From Squalus acanthias (lineage: Eukaryota), in NCBI GenBank assembly GCA_030390025.1, contig CM059431.1, positions 155,746,001 to 155,810,000 of the forward strand: 64,000 nucleotides of DNA, written 5' to 3'. Of the stretch, positions 13,182-26,267 are shown piece by piece. The position numbers and the translations under genes were made by a program. Numbering within the stretch: position 1 is the stretch's first letter; each line of letters starts with the position of its first letter. The notes under the pieces were generated by a model. It did no database searches. It saw only the letters and a list, made by a program, of their open reading frames with translations, and was not told the DNA's origin.

Positions 13182-14329
13182 TTTCTTCCTGCAATGCTCC
13201 ATCTCACCCTCAGTAAGCTTCCAGCTGGAGTGGAGCTAATTTACAGAACAGACGGGAAACTGTTCAACCTCCGTCACCTCCGGTCCAGATCCAAGGTCGT
13301 CCCATCCTCTGTCGTCGATTTAAAGTATGCAGACGATGCTTGCATCTGCGCACACTCAACGGTAAAACTCCAAACCATCGTCAAGACCTTCACCGAAGCG
13401 TACGAGTGTATGGGCCTTACTCTAAACATCCGTAAGACAAAGATCCTCTATTAAACCTGCCCCCGCCACACAGTACTGCCCCCTATTCTCAAAATCCACG
13501 ACAAGGCCTTGGACAACGTGGACCACTTTCCATTCCTCAGAAGCCTACTGTCAGCAAGGGCAGACGTCGACGACGAAGTCCAATACAGCCTTCATTGCGC
13601 CAGTACAGCCTTCGGTCGCCTGAGGAAGAGAGTGTTTGAAGACCAGGACCTCAAAACCTGCACTAAGCTCATGGTCTACAGAGCAGCAGTGATACCCGCC
13701 CTGCTGTATGCATCAGAGACATAGACCATGTACAGCAGGCACCTCAAAGCACTGGTGATGAACCACCAACGCTGCCTCAGCAAGATCCTGCAAATCCATT
13801 GGCTGGATAGCCGCACCAACATCAGTGTTCTTGCTCAGGCCAACATCCCCAGCATCGAAGCTTTGACCATGCTCGATCAGCTCCGATGGACGGGTCAGAT
13901 TTTCCGCATGCCCGATGCGAGACTCCCAAAACAAGCGCTCTACTCGGATCTCCGACACGGCAAGAAATCCCCAGGTGGGCAGAGGAAACGCTTCAAGGAC
14001 ACCATCAAAGCCTCCTTGAAAAATGTAAATTCCGCACCGACACCTGGAAATCCCATGTCCAATACAGCGCAAATTGGATACGAAGCATCCGGGAAGGTGC
14101 CGAACACCTCGAGTCTCTTCACCGGGAGCAAGCTGAAACCAAGCGCAGGCAGCGCAAGGAACGCACGTCAATCCAAGCACCCCACCCACCCGCCCCTTCA
14201 ACCACGGTCTGCCCCACCTGTGACAGAGACTGTAGGTACCGCATTGGACTCATCAGTCACCTGCAAACGCATATTTAATGTGGAAGCCAGTCATCCTCGG
14301 TAAGGAGGGACTGCCTAAGAAGAAGAAGA

Positions 14330-14680
14330 TCAATATCCTGCCAGGCTGGGTATGGGGTTTCACAGTGTATCGGGACCTGCCAGGGGTGTATGGAGATAAG
14401 CAGTGTATCGGGATTCTGCCTGGTTTGTAAGTGGTTCACAATGTATCAGGAGCCTGCCAGGTATGTACGGGGTTTCAAAGTGTAAGAGTTTACTGACAGG
14501 TGTTGATGGGATTTCAAAGTACATCTGGAAACTTCAAGTTATGTATGCAGTTCCACTTTTTATCGTGATATGCCAATTGAGTGAGGGCTTTCAAAGCGTA
14601 TAATAATCCTGCCAGGAATTTATGGGTTATCACATTTTGTCGGTATCATGTCAGGCATCTACGAGTTTAACAGTGTACCA
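14330..14680. repeat. ~37 bp minisatellite, same family, resuming after the RTE tail
   Basis: gtatggggtttcacagtgtatcgggacctgccagg units. Confidence 0.8.
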
Positions 14681-14934
14681 AGCGGGATTGAAAAAATGTG
14701 GACATGAACACTGTGTTTTATTGTATAATTTGGAAAGTGCGATTTCGGAGAAGAGGGCGAAGGAGTTGTTGTTGTTTGCCAACACTACTTGCAATGCTTT
14801 CTATTAAAGGCAGATATTTAAATTCAGTACCCTGAACTTAACCTAGATCAAGTAAGTAGACACGAAAGTACACTGTAAACTAAGTTATCTGAATACAACT
14901 TAAATTAAATTTCATTAAATAGAACAAGGTCAAA

Positions 14935-17900
14935 TATTGATGGCAGTGTAGGCGGTGTGCCGCAACTGATGCAGGTGGGCTTTTGAGGAGAGCATTGTGA
15001 TCCCGCATTTGCAGTAAGTGCCTGAATCTTGAGGATCTTAAGCTCAGAGTTTTTGAGCGAGAATCTGAGATGGAGACATTGCAGGGCATCACGGAGGCGG
15101 ACAGTTACCTGGAAACTTTGATCCAAAAGGCAGTCGCACCCCTAAGGTCTGGTACAGGTTTGGTTAGTGGTCAGGGAATGGAGGGTGTGACTGCGACTCA
15201 GGCAGGTAAGGCAAACTCAGATATAGTGCTGCAGGAGCCTCGGCCTTTACGCTTGCCCAACATGTATGAGGTTATTGCTGCCTGTGTAGATGAGGGAAAA
15301 GCCTGCCGGATGGATTAGCAAACTGATCGTGGCACCACGGTTCAGGAGGTCATTCATGTGGGGGGAGTGAAATGAATGTAGTTGTGGTAGGGGACAGTAT
15401 ATTCAAGGGGATCAATACTGTTTTCTGCAGCCACGACCGAGAGTTACGAAGGTTGTGTTGCCTGCCCAGTGCCAGGGTTAAATACATCTCCTCGCGGTTG
15501 TAGAGCCACTTGGAGTGGGAGGGGCAGGTTACAGTTGGATTGGTCCACGTAGGAACCAACGACATTGGTAGAACTTGGAATGCGGATTTGCTGAGGGATT
15601 TTGATGAGCTAGGATCCAAATTTAAAAGCAGAAATTCAAAGCTAATAATAATTGGATTGTTATCTGATTCACGCGCAATTTAGCATAGGGACAGACAGAT
15701 TCGATGTTTAAATACGTGGCTCAAAGAGTGGTGTGGCAGGAAGGGTTTTCAGTTCTTGGGGCACTGTACCAGTACTGGGGAAAGAGGGAGCTGTTCTGTT
15801 GGAACGGGCTTCACTTACACCGGGCTGGGACCAGTGTCATGTTGAACCTAATAAGTAGGGAAGTAGACAGAGCTTTAAACTAATGAAAGATGTTGGAAGT
15901 TTCAGGAAAGAGTACATTTAAAAGCAGCGATAGATTTGGTAACTATACGCAGAGTGCATCAGGAAGGTTGAGAGAGAGCAACAAAGGTAATACGGCATCC
16001 GCGACTAAGGTGACATCAGGGAAGAATAGAAATAAGTCAAAGCAAAATATGCGCGAAGCATTTGCAACAAAATAGATTAATTATTAGCGCAGATGGATAT
16101 TAACAGGTTTGATCTAATAGCCATAACGAAGACGTGGTTGCAAAATGGCCAAGGTTGAGAACTAAATATCCCAGGATACTTAACTTTTAGAAGAGATAGG
16201 CAACATGGAAAAGGAGCAGGAGTAGCCCTGATAATAAAGGATTGTATAAAGGTTGTAGAGAATAGGATCTTAGCAACGATAATCAAAAAGTAGAAAAGTT
16301 TGAGTGAAGCTAAGAAACATCAAGGGGTAGAGCACGTTGCTGGGAGTGATTTATCGGCCGCCAAACAATAGTTGTAATGAAGGGAAGTGTATGAATCAAG
16401 AAATTAAAGGCGCATGCAACAAGGGGAATAAAGTGTTCATGGGGGACTATTATCTACATATAGACTGGGCAATCCAAATTGACAGTAATAATGTGGAGGA
16501 CGGTTTCATGGAATCGCTGCAAGGGAGGTTTCTATATCAATATGTTTACGAACCAACCAGGTAACAGATTATTTTAGATCCAGTATTGTGCAATGAGAAC
16601 GGACTTATTAATAACCTTGCAGTAAAGGGGCCTTTAGGGAAGAAAGACATGATGAAAATGTTATTATTGACTTTGAAATGCTTACATAAATCCGAAACTA
16701 GGGTCTTAAATCTAAACAAAGCAAACTACTTAGGTATGAGTGACGATTTGGCCAAGGTAGATTGGGAAAATACGTTAGAAGGTATGACAGTGGACGAGAA
16801 ATGGCTGGCATTTAAAGAATTAATACATAATTTACAACAAATACACATTCCATTAAGGAAAAAAAAACAAAAATAAAAGTGCCCAACCGTGGCTAACAAG
16901 AGAAGTTAAAGATAGTATTAGATCAAAGGAAGAGGCGTATAATCTTGCCAAAGAGTAGTAAGCCTGAGGATTGGGAGAATTTAACAATTCAGCAAAGAAG
17001 GACCAAGCAATTGATAACGAAATGGAAATAAAATATGACAGGAAATTAGCGAGAGATATAAAAACAGACTGTAAAACTTGTATATGTATGTTAAAAATGC
17101 AGAAATTAGCGAATGTAAATGTGATTTCTTTACAGGCTGAGACAGGGGAAATTATAATCGGGAATAAGGAAATGGCTGAGAAATTAAAAAAATACTTTGT
17201 GTCTGTCTTCACGGAGAAGACGGAAAAAACTTCCCAGATATACTGCAGAACCAATGAGCTAGCGAGAATGAGGAACTGAAAGATATTAGGATTACTAAAA
17301 AAAAAGGTACTGCAGAAATTAATGGGACTGAATGCCGATACAATCACTGAACGTGATGGCCTGCATCTCAGGATTTTGAAAGAGGTGGCTATACAGATAG
17401 TGGATGCATTGGTTGTGATTTTCAAAAATGGTATAGATTGTGGAACGGTTCCCACGGATTGGAAGGTAGCAAATGTAACACCAATATTTAAGAAAGGAGT
17501 GAGAGAGAAAACGTGGAACTACGGACCAGTTAACCTGACATCAGTAGTAGGGCAAATACTGGAATATCTTATTAAGAACGTGGTAGCAGGGCTCTTATAA
17601 AATAATAGTAGGATTTATGAAAGGGAAATCGTTTGTGATGAACCTGTTAGAGTTGTTTGAGGTTGTAACTCGAAGAATATATAAGGGGGAAGCAGTGGAT
17701 ATGTTGCATTTGGATGTTCAGAAGATATTCGATAAGGTGCCACACAAAAGGTTATTAAACATTATTAGGGCTCATGGGATGAGGGGAATAAACTAGCTTG
17801 GATTGAGGATTGGTTAACGGACAGAAAACAGAGAGTAGGAATAAACGGGACATTTTTGGGTTAGCAGGCTTTACCTAGTGGGGTACTGCAAGGATCAGTA

Positions 17901-19203
17901 ATTGGGCCTCAACTATTCTTAATCTACATCAATGATTTGGATGAGGGGACCAATTGTAATTTTTCCAGCTTAAGATATAAAGCTGGGTGGGAATGTAAGT
18001 TGTGAGGAGCTTGAAAGGAGGCTTCAAGGGGATATAGATAGGCTAACTGAGTGGGCAAGAAATTTCAAATGGAATATAATGCGGAGAAATGTGAAGTTAT
18101 TCACATTAGTTGTAAAAATAGAAAAGCAGGGAATGTTTTAAATGGTGGGAGATTTTTCACAGTGGCAGAAGTTTGGTAGTGGTGTTCCACAAGCATCAGT
18201 GCTGGGATTCACAATTTTTATTAACGATTTAGACTTTTGAATCAAAAACACAATTTCTAAATTTGTGGATGACACCAAATAGCACGGTGGGTGTGTGGGG
18301 GGTGGGAGTCTATAGTCAATACTGAGGAGGACTAAAACAAGTTACAGGAAGAGATTAATAAACTTGCAGAAAGTGCATATAATTGGCAAATGAAGTTCAA
18401 CACAGATAAATGTGAGGTATTACATTTCGGTAGGAAGAATAGGAAGGTAACTTATAACTTGGATGGTGCGAGTCTAGGTGGGGTGGAGGAACAAAAGGTT
18501 CTCGGAGTACAAATACACAAATCACTAAAACTTGCGACACAGGTTAACAACACCATAAAATAGCAAACCAAGCTTCATTTCTAGAAGTATAGAATTGAAA
18601 ATTGGGGAAGTTATGCTTAACCTGTATCGAACCTTGGTCAGATTACACTAAGACTACTGCATACAGTTTTGGTCGCCCTATTAAATAAAGGATATAGATG
18701 CACTGGAGAGGGTGCAGTGTAGATTAACAAGGATGATAACAGAAATGCGAGGTTATACATATCAAGAAAGGATGAACAGGCTGGGTCTCCTTTCTCTTGA
18801 AAAATGAAGGCTGATGGGCGTCCTAACAGAGGTCTTTAAAATTAGGAAAGGTTTTGATCGAGTGGATACAAAGAGAATGTTTCCACTTGTGAGGAAGTGC
18901 ATAACTAGAGGCCATCAATATCAGATAGTCACCAAGAAATCCAATAGGGAATTCAGAAGAAACATCTTTACGCAAAGTGTGGTGAGATTGCGGAACTCGT
19001 TACCACAGGGAGTGGTTGAAGCGAAGAGTATAGATGCATTTAAGGGGAGGCTAGACAAGAATATGAGGGAGAACGGAATAGATGATTATACTGATGGATT
19101 TAGGTGAGGGAAGATGGGAGGAGGCTCGAGTGGAGCATAAACGCCGGCATGGAATGTTTGGGCCGAATCGCCTGTTTCTGTGCCGTATATCCTATGTATG
19201 TAA
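14935..19203 (+). mobile_element. Degraded long CR1 LINE(s): ORF1 esterase remnant plus ORF2, probably two pieces joined near 18155
   Basis: VVVGDSI (gtagttgtggtaggggacagtata) at about 15378, APE GVIYRPPN, and RT YGPVNLTSVVG. The RT core region occurs twice (about 17880 and 18180). CR1 3' UTR and tail at about 19160-19203. Confidence 0.88.
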
Positions 19204-19313
19204 TTATCAAAATAAGAAGTTGCCATAGTTGGGAGTGCAGTGGAGATTTATTGCACCCACGAAAAACAGGAATATGCATGTTGAAAACTGCGGTTCAAAT
19301 CGTAAAACACATT

Positions 19314-20056
19314 GGGCCGAAAATTGATCCCGGTGCGCGAGAGTACGCACTGCGTACTCTCGCGTATTCCCACTCCAATTGCCGGTTTTCTGCATGCCCT
19401 GCGCATGCGCTGAAAACCGGCAATTGCTCTTCTGAAAAGGGGGCGGGGCCTGGGTGCATCGCGTGCGCGCTACAGGCTGCGCGCACGCTGTGCACTTCAT
19501 GCTTTGGACGCGCAGGTAAGTAGGGAAGATCTTGGAAATGTAAAAAGGAGGAGTAAGACCCGCTTTTAAGAAGGTAAGTAGTGAATTAAGTATTTTTTTG
19601 AATTTTTTTTTACAGGTATATCTTTTTTATAGACTTTAAAGACAGGTAAGTTTATTTTTATAACTTTTTAAAAGATTTTAAATTTTTTCAAAAATTTAAT
19701 TTTTTATTTAAAATGGTTAATTTAATTAACTATACTTATTTTATTAATGTGATGGTTTTTTTTAAAATTTAATTGAGGTTTAGCTGTTATTTTTGGGGGG
19801 TGTAAGATTCATAGATTTCACGGCCATGCTGTGAGACTTATGAATGGAAGATGGTGTGCTGACATTGGCTTTAACTGAGTCACGTGATCCCACAGCTCGC
19901 ACGAATTCACTACGCCGCTGGGATACGCAAGCCCGGCACAGCTGATGTCTGGAACATCAAGGTCGTGCGAGCTGGATCTGAAAAAGCATAAGCGAGGTGA
20001 GACAGCGCGGGGAAGGCTTACCCCCGCGGGAACAGAGCGAGATCAATTTCTGGGCC
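19314..20056. mobile_element. Non-autonomous TIR DNA transposon (MITE, PIF/Harbinger-like), 743 bp
   Basis: Imperfect TIRs gggccgaaaattgatc / reverse complement ggcccagaaattgatc, with 3-bp TSD ATT (19311-19313, 20057-20059). The paralogous site at about 33680 (acacattatcgg) is empty. Confidence 0.8.
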
Positions 20057-20154
20057 ATTATAGGATCAGAGCAGCAGAGACTTTCATCCGCCCTGTATTC
20101 AGTTCTACTGAACTCAATGAAAGGCAACATCGGACCGAGCGCATAACAGGCAGC

Positions 20155-22065
20155 ACAGAATCATAAAATGGTTACAGCACAGAAGGAGGCCATACGGCCC
20201 ATCGTAGCCGATGTCGGACCTCTGCAAGAGCACTTCAGCTAGTCCCACTTCCCCGCCCTTTCCACGTAGTCTCGCACATTGTTTTCTGCAGGTATTTATC
20301 TATTCCCTTTTGAAAGCCACGATTGAATCTGCCTCCACTATACTATCAGGCAGCGCATTACAAATCCTAACCACTCGCTGCGTAAAAAAGCTTTCCTCAT
20401 GTCGCCTTTGTTTTTGATGCCTATCACCTGAAATCTATGTCCTCTGGTTCTAGATCCTTCCGCTAATGGGAACAGTTTTTCTCTCTCTCGACACTGTCTA
20501 AACCCCTCATGATTTTGAGCAAATCTATGAAATCTCGTCTACTCTAAGGAGAATAACCCAAGCTTATCCAGTCTATCCACGTAACTGAAGTCCCTCATAC
20601 CTGAAACAATTCTTATAAATCTTTTCTACAATCTCTCAAAGGCCTTCACATTCTTCCTAAAGAGCTGTGCCAGAATTGGACACAATACTCCAGTTGAGGC
20701 CGATCCACTGTTTTATAAATAATCATCATAACGTCCTTGCTTTTGTATTCTATGCCTCTATTAAGGAAGCTCAGGATACTGTATGTTTTTTTACTGCTTT
20801 CTCAAACAGCCAACTTCAAAGAAATGTGCACATATGCACCCAGATCTCCCTGCTGATACACCCCCTTGAGACTTGTGCCCTTTAGTTTATATTGCCTCTC
20901 CTCGTTCTTCCTCCCATAATTTATCACTTCGCAATTTTCTGCTTAAAATTTCATCTGGCAGGTATCTACCATTCCACCAGCCTGTCTATGTCTTCTTGAA
21001 TTATATCACTACTCTCCTCAATGTTCACTATCCTTCAAAGTTTCGTGCCATCAGCAAATCTTGAAATTGTGCCCCGTACAAACATGTCCAAGTCATTAAC
21101 ATATATATCCAGAAAAGCAGTGGTCCCAGTACTGACACGTTGCGGAATACCACTGTATACCTTCCTCCAGTCCGCATAACAACCGTTCACCACTACTCTC
21201 TGTTTACTGCCACTCAGCCAATTTCATATCCATGCTTCCACTGCCACTTTTATTCCTTGGTGTTCGACATTGTTGGCAAGCCTATTAAATGGCACTTTAG
21301 CAAACGCATTTTGGATTTCCATGTACACCACATCAAACGCATTACCCTCACCACCCTCTCTGTTACCGCATCAGAAAACTCAATCAATTTAGTTAAACAC
21401 GATTTGCTTTTGCCATTCCGTGCTTACTTTCCTTAATCAATCCACACTTTTCCACGTGATTGTTAATTTTGTCCCTGATTATCGTTTCTAAACGTTTCCC
21501 TACTACCGAGGTTAAACTGAATGGTGATCTGTAGTTGCTCGGTTTATCTTTAAAGCCGTTTTGGAACAAGGGTGTAATAGTTCCAATCCTTCAGTCCTCT
21601 GGCACCACCACCGTATCTAAGGAGAATAGGAAGATTATGGCCAGTACCTCCGCAATTTCCACCCTTACCGCCCTAAGTATCCTAGATGCATCCCATCTGG
21701 TCCTGGTGACTTCTCAAATTTAAGTTTAGACAGCCTTTCGAGTACCTCCCCTTTATCAAATTTATATTCCATCCAGTATCAAAACTACCTCCGCTTTCAC
21801 TTTGACTTTGACAGCATCTTCTTTCTTTCTGAAGACAGATGCAATGTACTCATTTAATACCTTAGCTATACCCTCTGCCTCCATACGTAGGTGCCCTTTT
21901 CGTTCTTTGATCGACCGCACTCATTCTCTTACTTGCCGTTTCCTATTTATATGCCGATAGAATGCTTCTGGATCCCCTTCCATGTTAGCTGCCAATCTAT
22001 TCTCATATTCTCTCTATTCCCCTCTTATATCCTTTTTTCCTTCCCGTCTTAAATTTCTATCTTCA
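20155..22065 (-). mobile_element. CR1 LINE 3' part, degraded; paralog at 33790-35690
   Basis: Begins with an antisense CR1 3' UTR (agaatcataaaatggttacagcacagaaggaggcc) followed by RT remnants. Confidence 0.85.
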
Positions 22066-22319
22066 GTTGCGATACAGACCGTTTTTCGGCGATGAAATAA
22101 TGCAGGCCGTATCTCGCCGGATTAAAATTGAATTCAACTGATTTTCGAATGTGTTTTATAACGGTCAGAAAATGCAATTGCGCATCTTTTGTTTACTGCC
22201 CATGCAGAATTTAATCCTCACAGACTTTAATTTAAATTAAAGTAATTGCGATAAATCATGAACGTTTTATTCTTACAGTAAACACGATCTTTTTGAAGTT
22301 AGATTTGGACACCACCGAC

Positions 22320-22509
22320 CTTTCAAGTGATGTTCTACCTCTGCACCACTGTTCTGTATTTCTGACAATGTCGCTTTCAGCTTGGGTTTCGTATCCTGCA
22401 GTTGAAGAAATATGTTCCACATTATTCTTTGTGCCCGAGCTCCCACAGTGCTGACAATCTGTCGTGAAGCATCGCTTCTGAGGTGTCTTTCAACAAGGTT
22501 TTTGAATCT
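22320..22509 (-). CDS. NLR N-terminal death-fold/CARD-like exon B, module 1 (phase 0 to 1)
   Basis: Splice sites ttttttag|AGA and AAAG|GTCGGT; 190 nt, open. Reads RFKNLVERHLRSDASRQIVSTVGARAQRIMWNIFLQLQDTKPKLKATLSEIQNSGAEVEHHLK. Joins the NACHT exon in frame. Confidence 0.8.
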
Positions 22510-25500
22510 CTAAAAAACATATTGCAATCATATTGAGTCATGCAATGTAAATAATCAGATAAATAACATATTTTCACTGACTCCTATTTTGGGATGAATG
22601 AATAGAAAAGCTCACAATCGAGTGACCAAAAGATGAGCTAAACAGGTAAGTTTTAAGGAGCGTCTAAAAATAGGAGAGAGTGGTTGGTAGCCAGAGAGAA
22701 TTAACTAAGGAACTTCAGAGCTTAGGGCCGAGGCAGCTGAAGGCACTGTGAATAAAATAGGGGTTGCGGAAAAGGCCAGAATTGGCTGAACAGTTGGATT
22801 ATCGATGGTTGTCGGGCTGGAGGAGTTTGCAGAGATAGAGTGGAGCAGCGTTAAGTCATCCAGGGAATTTGTATTTTCTCAGCTGACAGAGGAATAGGGT
22901 AAGGTGCTGATTAAAAGGGGAAAGCTTACGTTTGCAGGAATAGGATTCGAACAAAATTAGGGATTATTGGTTGTTAATAACAGTAATATTTTGTAATGCT
23001 AACGATGTGGTTTCAGAAACTCAAATTTCAGAAATTGAAAACCATAAAGTTGAGTTTGAAATTAGTGCTGGCCAGAAGCACGAAATGGGCTGATAGCGAA
23101 TCGGTGGCCCACTTTATGCCGCGTCCGATTTTCTTTCTATTAACTTCCATGAGCCTTGAATTCACTCTAAGTGTCAGCTTCATTAATCGAAACTGTTGCA
23201 TAAAGTTATCAGTGACTCCCTCATGCCCTATATGAATATTGTCGTTTTCTTCTCTCTGCAGCTGTGTTCTTTGATTAACTGTTTTAGTTGATGTTTTCAT
23301 GAAATGTGACAATTGTCTCTAATTCTGTAACCTGCCATTTATTCATTTCTTGCATTTGAACGTGTTCGCTTCTGTTTTATATTATTTATGTTTACTTGAT
23401 TTGTTTTATATAATCAGCCCTGCAACCCTAGATTTAATTAAAAAAACATTTTAAATCATATTCTATGCAAGTCCAATATATTGTAGTTTGTGCTTGACCT
23501 CTTTTATTCTCGTATAATTTGTGTATCTTTTATGTCAATATTCTCCTATTTGGCAGCTTCCTATTGCGTCAACGCGACTTTTTCTGATCATTAACCTGCC
23601 AAAATATCTGGGCTAGCACTTTAGTTTCGTTTTAATTAGATTTATTCCTGTAAAATGTATATTGCTTTGATTGTCCCGTTATCGTTTACGATTCATATGA
23701 ATCCAAATGATATAATATTTTCCTAGATGTTCTACTACTGTTACCTCACCTCTAGTCCCTCCCCACTTCTAGAAATTGATCCAATTCTCATTCCTTCCAT
23801 GTTGTTCTAAAACCGTAGCAATCTAAACAACGTAAGCTGTAGGCTGCAAATAACATGCCCTTTCTCCCACACTTATCTCATTTCTATTCCTTGGATATTA
23901 AAAGCAGAAATCACTCTGTTACTGTTATTGCTGCACTTTCTCCAACGTTTCACTATTTATTTTATCTATCCATTGCCCAAGATTCGATGCATGATAATAG
24001 CACCTTATTATTCTGTAACACCAAACGTATAGATTAATTTTGCGAAGCATTCCTTATACTACTCCTGAGTTCCCGTGCTCCAATTGAATCTTTCAGTAAT
24101 TCCTTCTCCCTGTCTTAAAAAAAAAACTTGATTCCCCATTAATATTTAGTAACATGACACTTTAGCTCCTAATCTTGCCCTTACATAAGCCAGATAGATA
24201 TTAATATCTGTGCATCATAATTTATAGCATATCCCCAGAAACCCTGGGCCTTCAACTAACCAGCTATATTTGGAATAGTTTGTATATACATGTGTTAGGC
24301 AATTGTAGGAGGTATTCGGAAAAGCGAGCATGTGGACAGTACAGAGAGTCCATAGATTGTTTTTATGCAATGGGTCATTATGGCAGTCTTGACGTCAGAG
24401 GATGATGGCCGATCAGAGGCCAGTATTAGCGATGACACTGAGCAGTGAGCCGAAGTACGTGCAGGACCTGAGCTGGCCAGGAATCAAGGCATAATTTTTC
24501 ATATCCCATAGACTGGATGAATGTTGCGAGTCCTTGGTGATGCGTGAGACAATGCAGATTGTGAGAGTTTAGAAATTCAGAAAATGTTTAGTTCGATGTA
24601 AATATTGTGGCAGGGAAAGTGTTAGAACGGCAGAGAGAGGCAACCATGCTGTGATGTGCAAAGTAGCAGAGAAATCGATCAACGATTTGGTTACGTTCAC
24701 TAGAATTCACCAGAGATCCGCGCCACCGGCAGTGTCACAAACTAATCAGATGGTTCACTGGAAACAAAGGGCTGATTTGATAGAGAATAAAGGGAAACTC
24801 AAGGGCTTTAATGCCACAGTTTAGCTTTTATACATCAGTAAATTTCTTCCCGTGAGATTAGAAGTATGTCGCTATTACAAGTTTTATCTCACTCCAGAAT
24901 TTCCTTTGATGCTGAGCTGAGGACGCATGATGGCTGCGCTGCTAATAACTTATTAAATTATTAATTTCGATTCCTCTGGGCTTGGCCCGTGCAATCATGT
25001 AAATTGGGGTAATTGATCAATTGATAGGACAGCCTGTATGTCCGCTTTCCGAAACTAAAATAAACCAATCCCATGCACAAATCTGGGCACTGAATTACCT
25101 TAACAGCGAGACGTTTCACAGTGAATTCGCAGACCTGGTTTTCTTCCTGGCCACCCGGCTGTTGATTGTCGCCGTATCGCCGATGGTAATGGCATTAAAT
25201 ATCAAGGGGGGCTGATGTAAGTCTCTCTTGTTGGAAATGGTCATTGCCTGGCACTTGAGTTGCGCAAATGTTACTTGCCACTTATCCGGCCAAACCTAAA
25301 TGTTGTCCAGGTATTGCTTCATACGGGGATGGACTGCTTCATTATTGGTGGAATTTCGAATGGAGCTGAACACTGTGCAATCATTAGTGATCAGCCGCAA
25401 TTCTGACCTTATGATAGATGGCCATTGAAGAAGCACTTACCGATAATCGGGCCTTGGACGCTGCCATGAAGCAAACATAATTATACCATGAGATGATGTT

Positions 25501-25722
25501 CTCTCATTATTTAATGCTTTAATTGAAGGTTAAAAACTGAATAATTTTCCAGTGATATATTTCAGAGGAGCACTTCAAATGTTGTTTTAATTTGCCTCGA
25601 TCTCAATTTCAGCGTCAATATTCAGTACTGCTTATATCGATGATTTGCACAAAATACAGTTAATCTAACTCTGACTCATGACTCATTTAACACTATGAGA
25701 TTTCACCATATTTGTTGCATAC

Positions 25723-25883
25723 CTCATGATGTGCTTCAGTAAACACTTCTCCATCAAAAAGCTTCTGACTAACAGCCTCCACGTTTTCTTCAATTGATTG
25801 CTCCAATCTCTGACGGCAGCACTCGATAATTCTCCACAGCTGGATATCCGTGTAGCTCTGCAGCATCAGAAAGGTTTTAGTAT
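25723..25883 (-). CDS. NLR N-terminal death-fold/CARD-like exon A, module 1 (phase 1 to 0)
   Basis: Splice sites ttcag|AT and GAG|GTATGC; 161 nt, open. Reads (D)TKTFLMLQSYTDIQLWRIIECCRQRLEQSIEENVEAVSQKLFDGEVFTEAHHE. Confidence 0.8.
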
Positions 25884-26267
25884 CTGAATTTGAAGTCAAG
25901 GAGTAAATGAGAACAGATTAAAATACAGTGCCCGCTATAAAACAATGAATACTCTGGACCAATTGATACAGCAACAGCGTTTATTAAAGTCTTTCAAGCA
26001 GTCATACCGACAGTGGCGCCTCACAGAGGAGGAATTAAGAATCAATGCTGTCTTTTTTTGGTATAGTTAGGAGGAACGACCCAGGCCTTGCAACATTCGG
26101 ATTGGTTAAAGTAAGTAAGAAGTAGAAAGAGGGGGGCCTTAGAAACGGAGTCAGTGAGATTGACATCTTTGCCTGGAGTGCCGAGCAGACGAACCGATAT
26201 ACTAGAGACCACAGCGAGGGAGAGGTGTGTAACAGAGCGAATGTTAAGAAGAATGTAGCGATAAGAT

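Larger units (their letters stand above)
10831..14329 (+). mobile_element. RTE-clade LINE, 5' truncated and degraded, interrupted by a Penelope insertion
   Basis: ORFs contain KASGADGIPAE, MIFIARQLQEK, GVKQGCVIAPTLF, YADD, QLRWTGQIFRMPDARLPKQALY, GGQRKRFKD and a C-terminal CPTCDRDC..GLISH. The tail is (aag)n. Confidence 0.92.
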
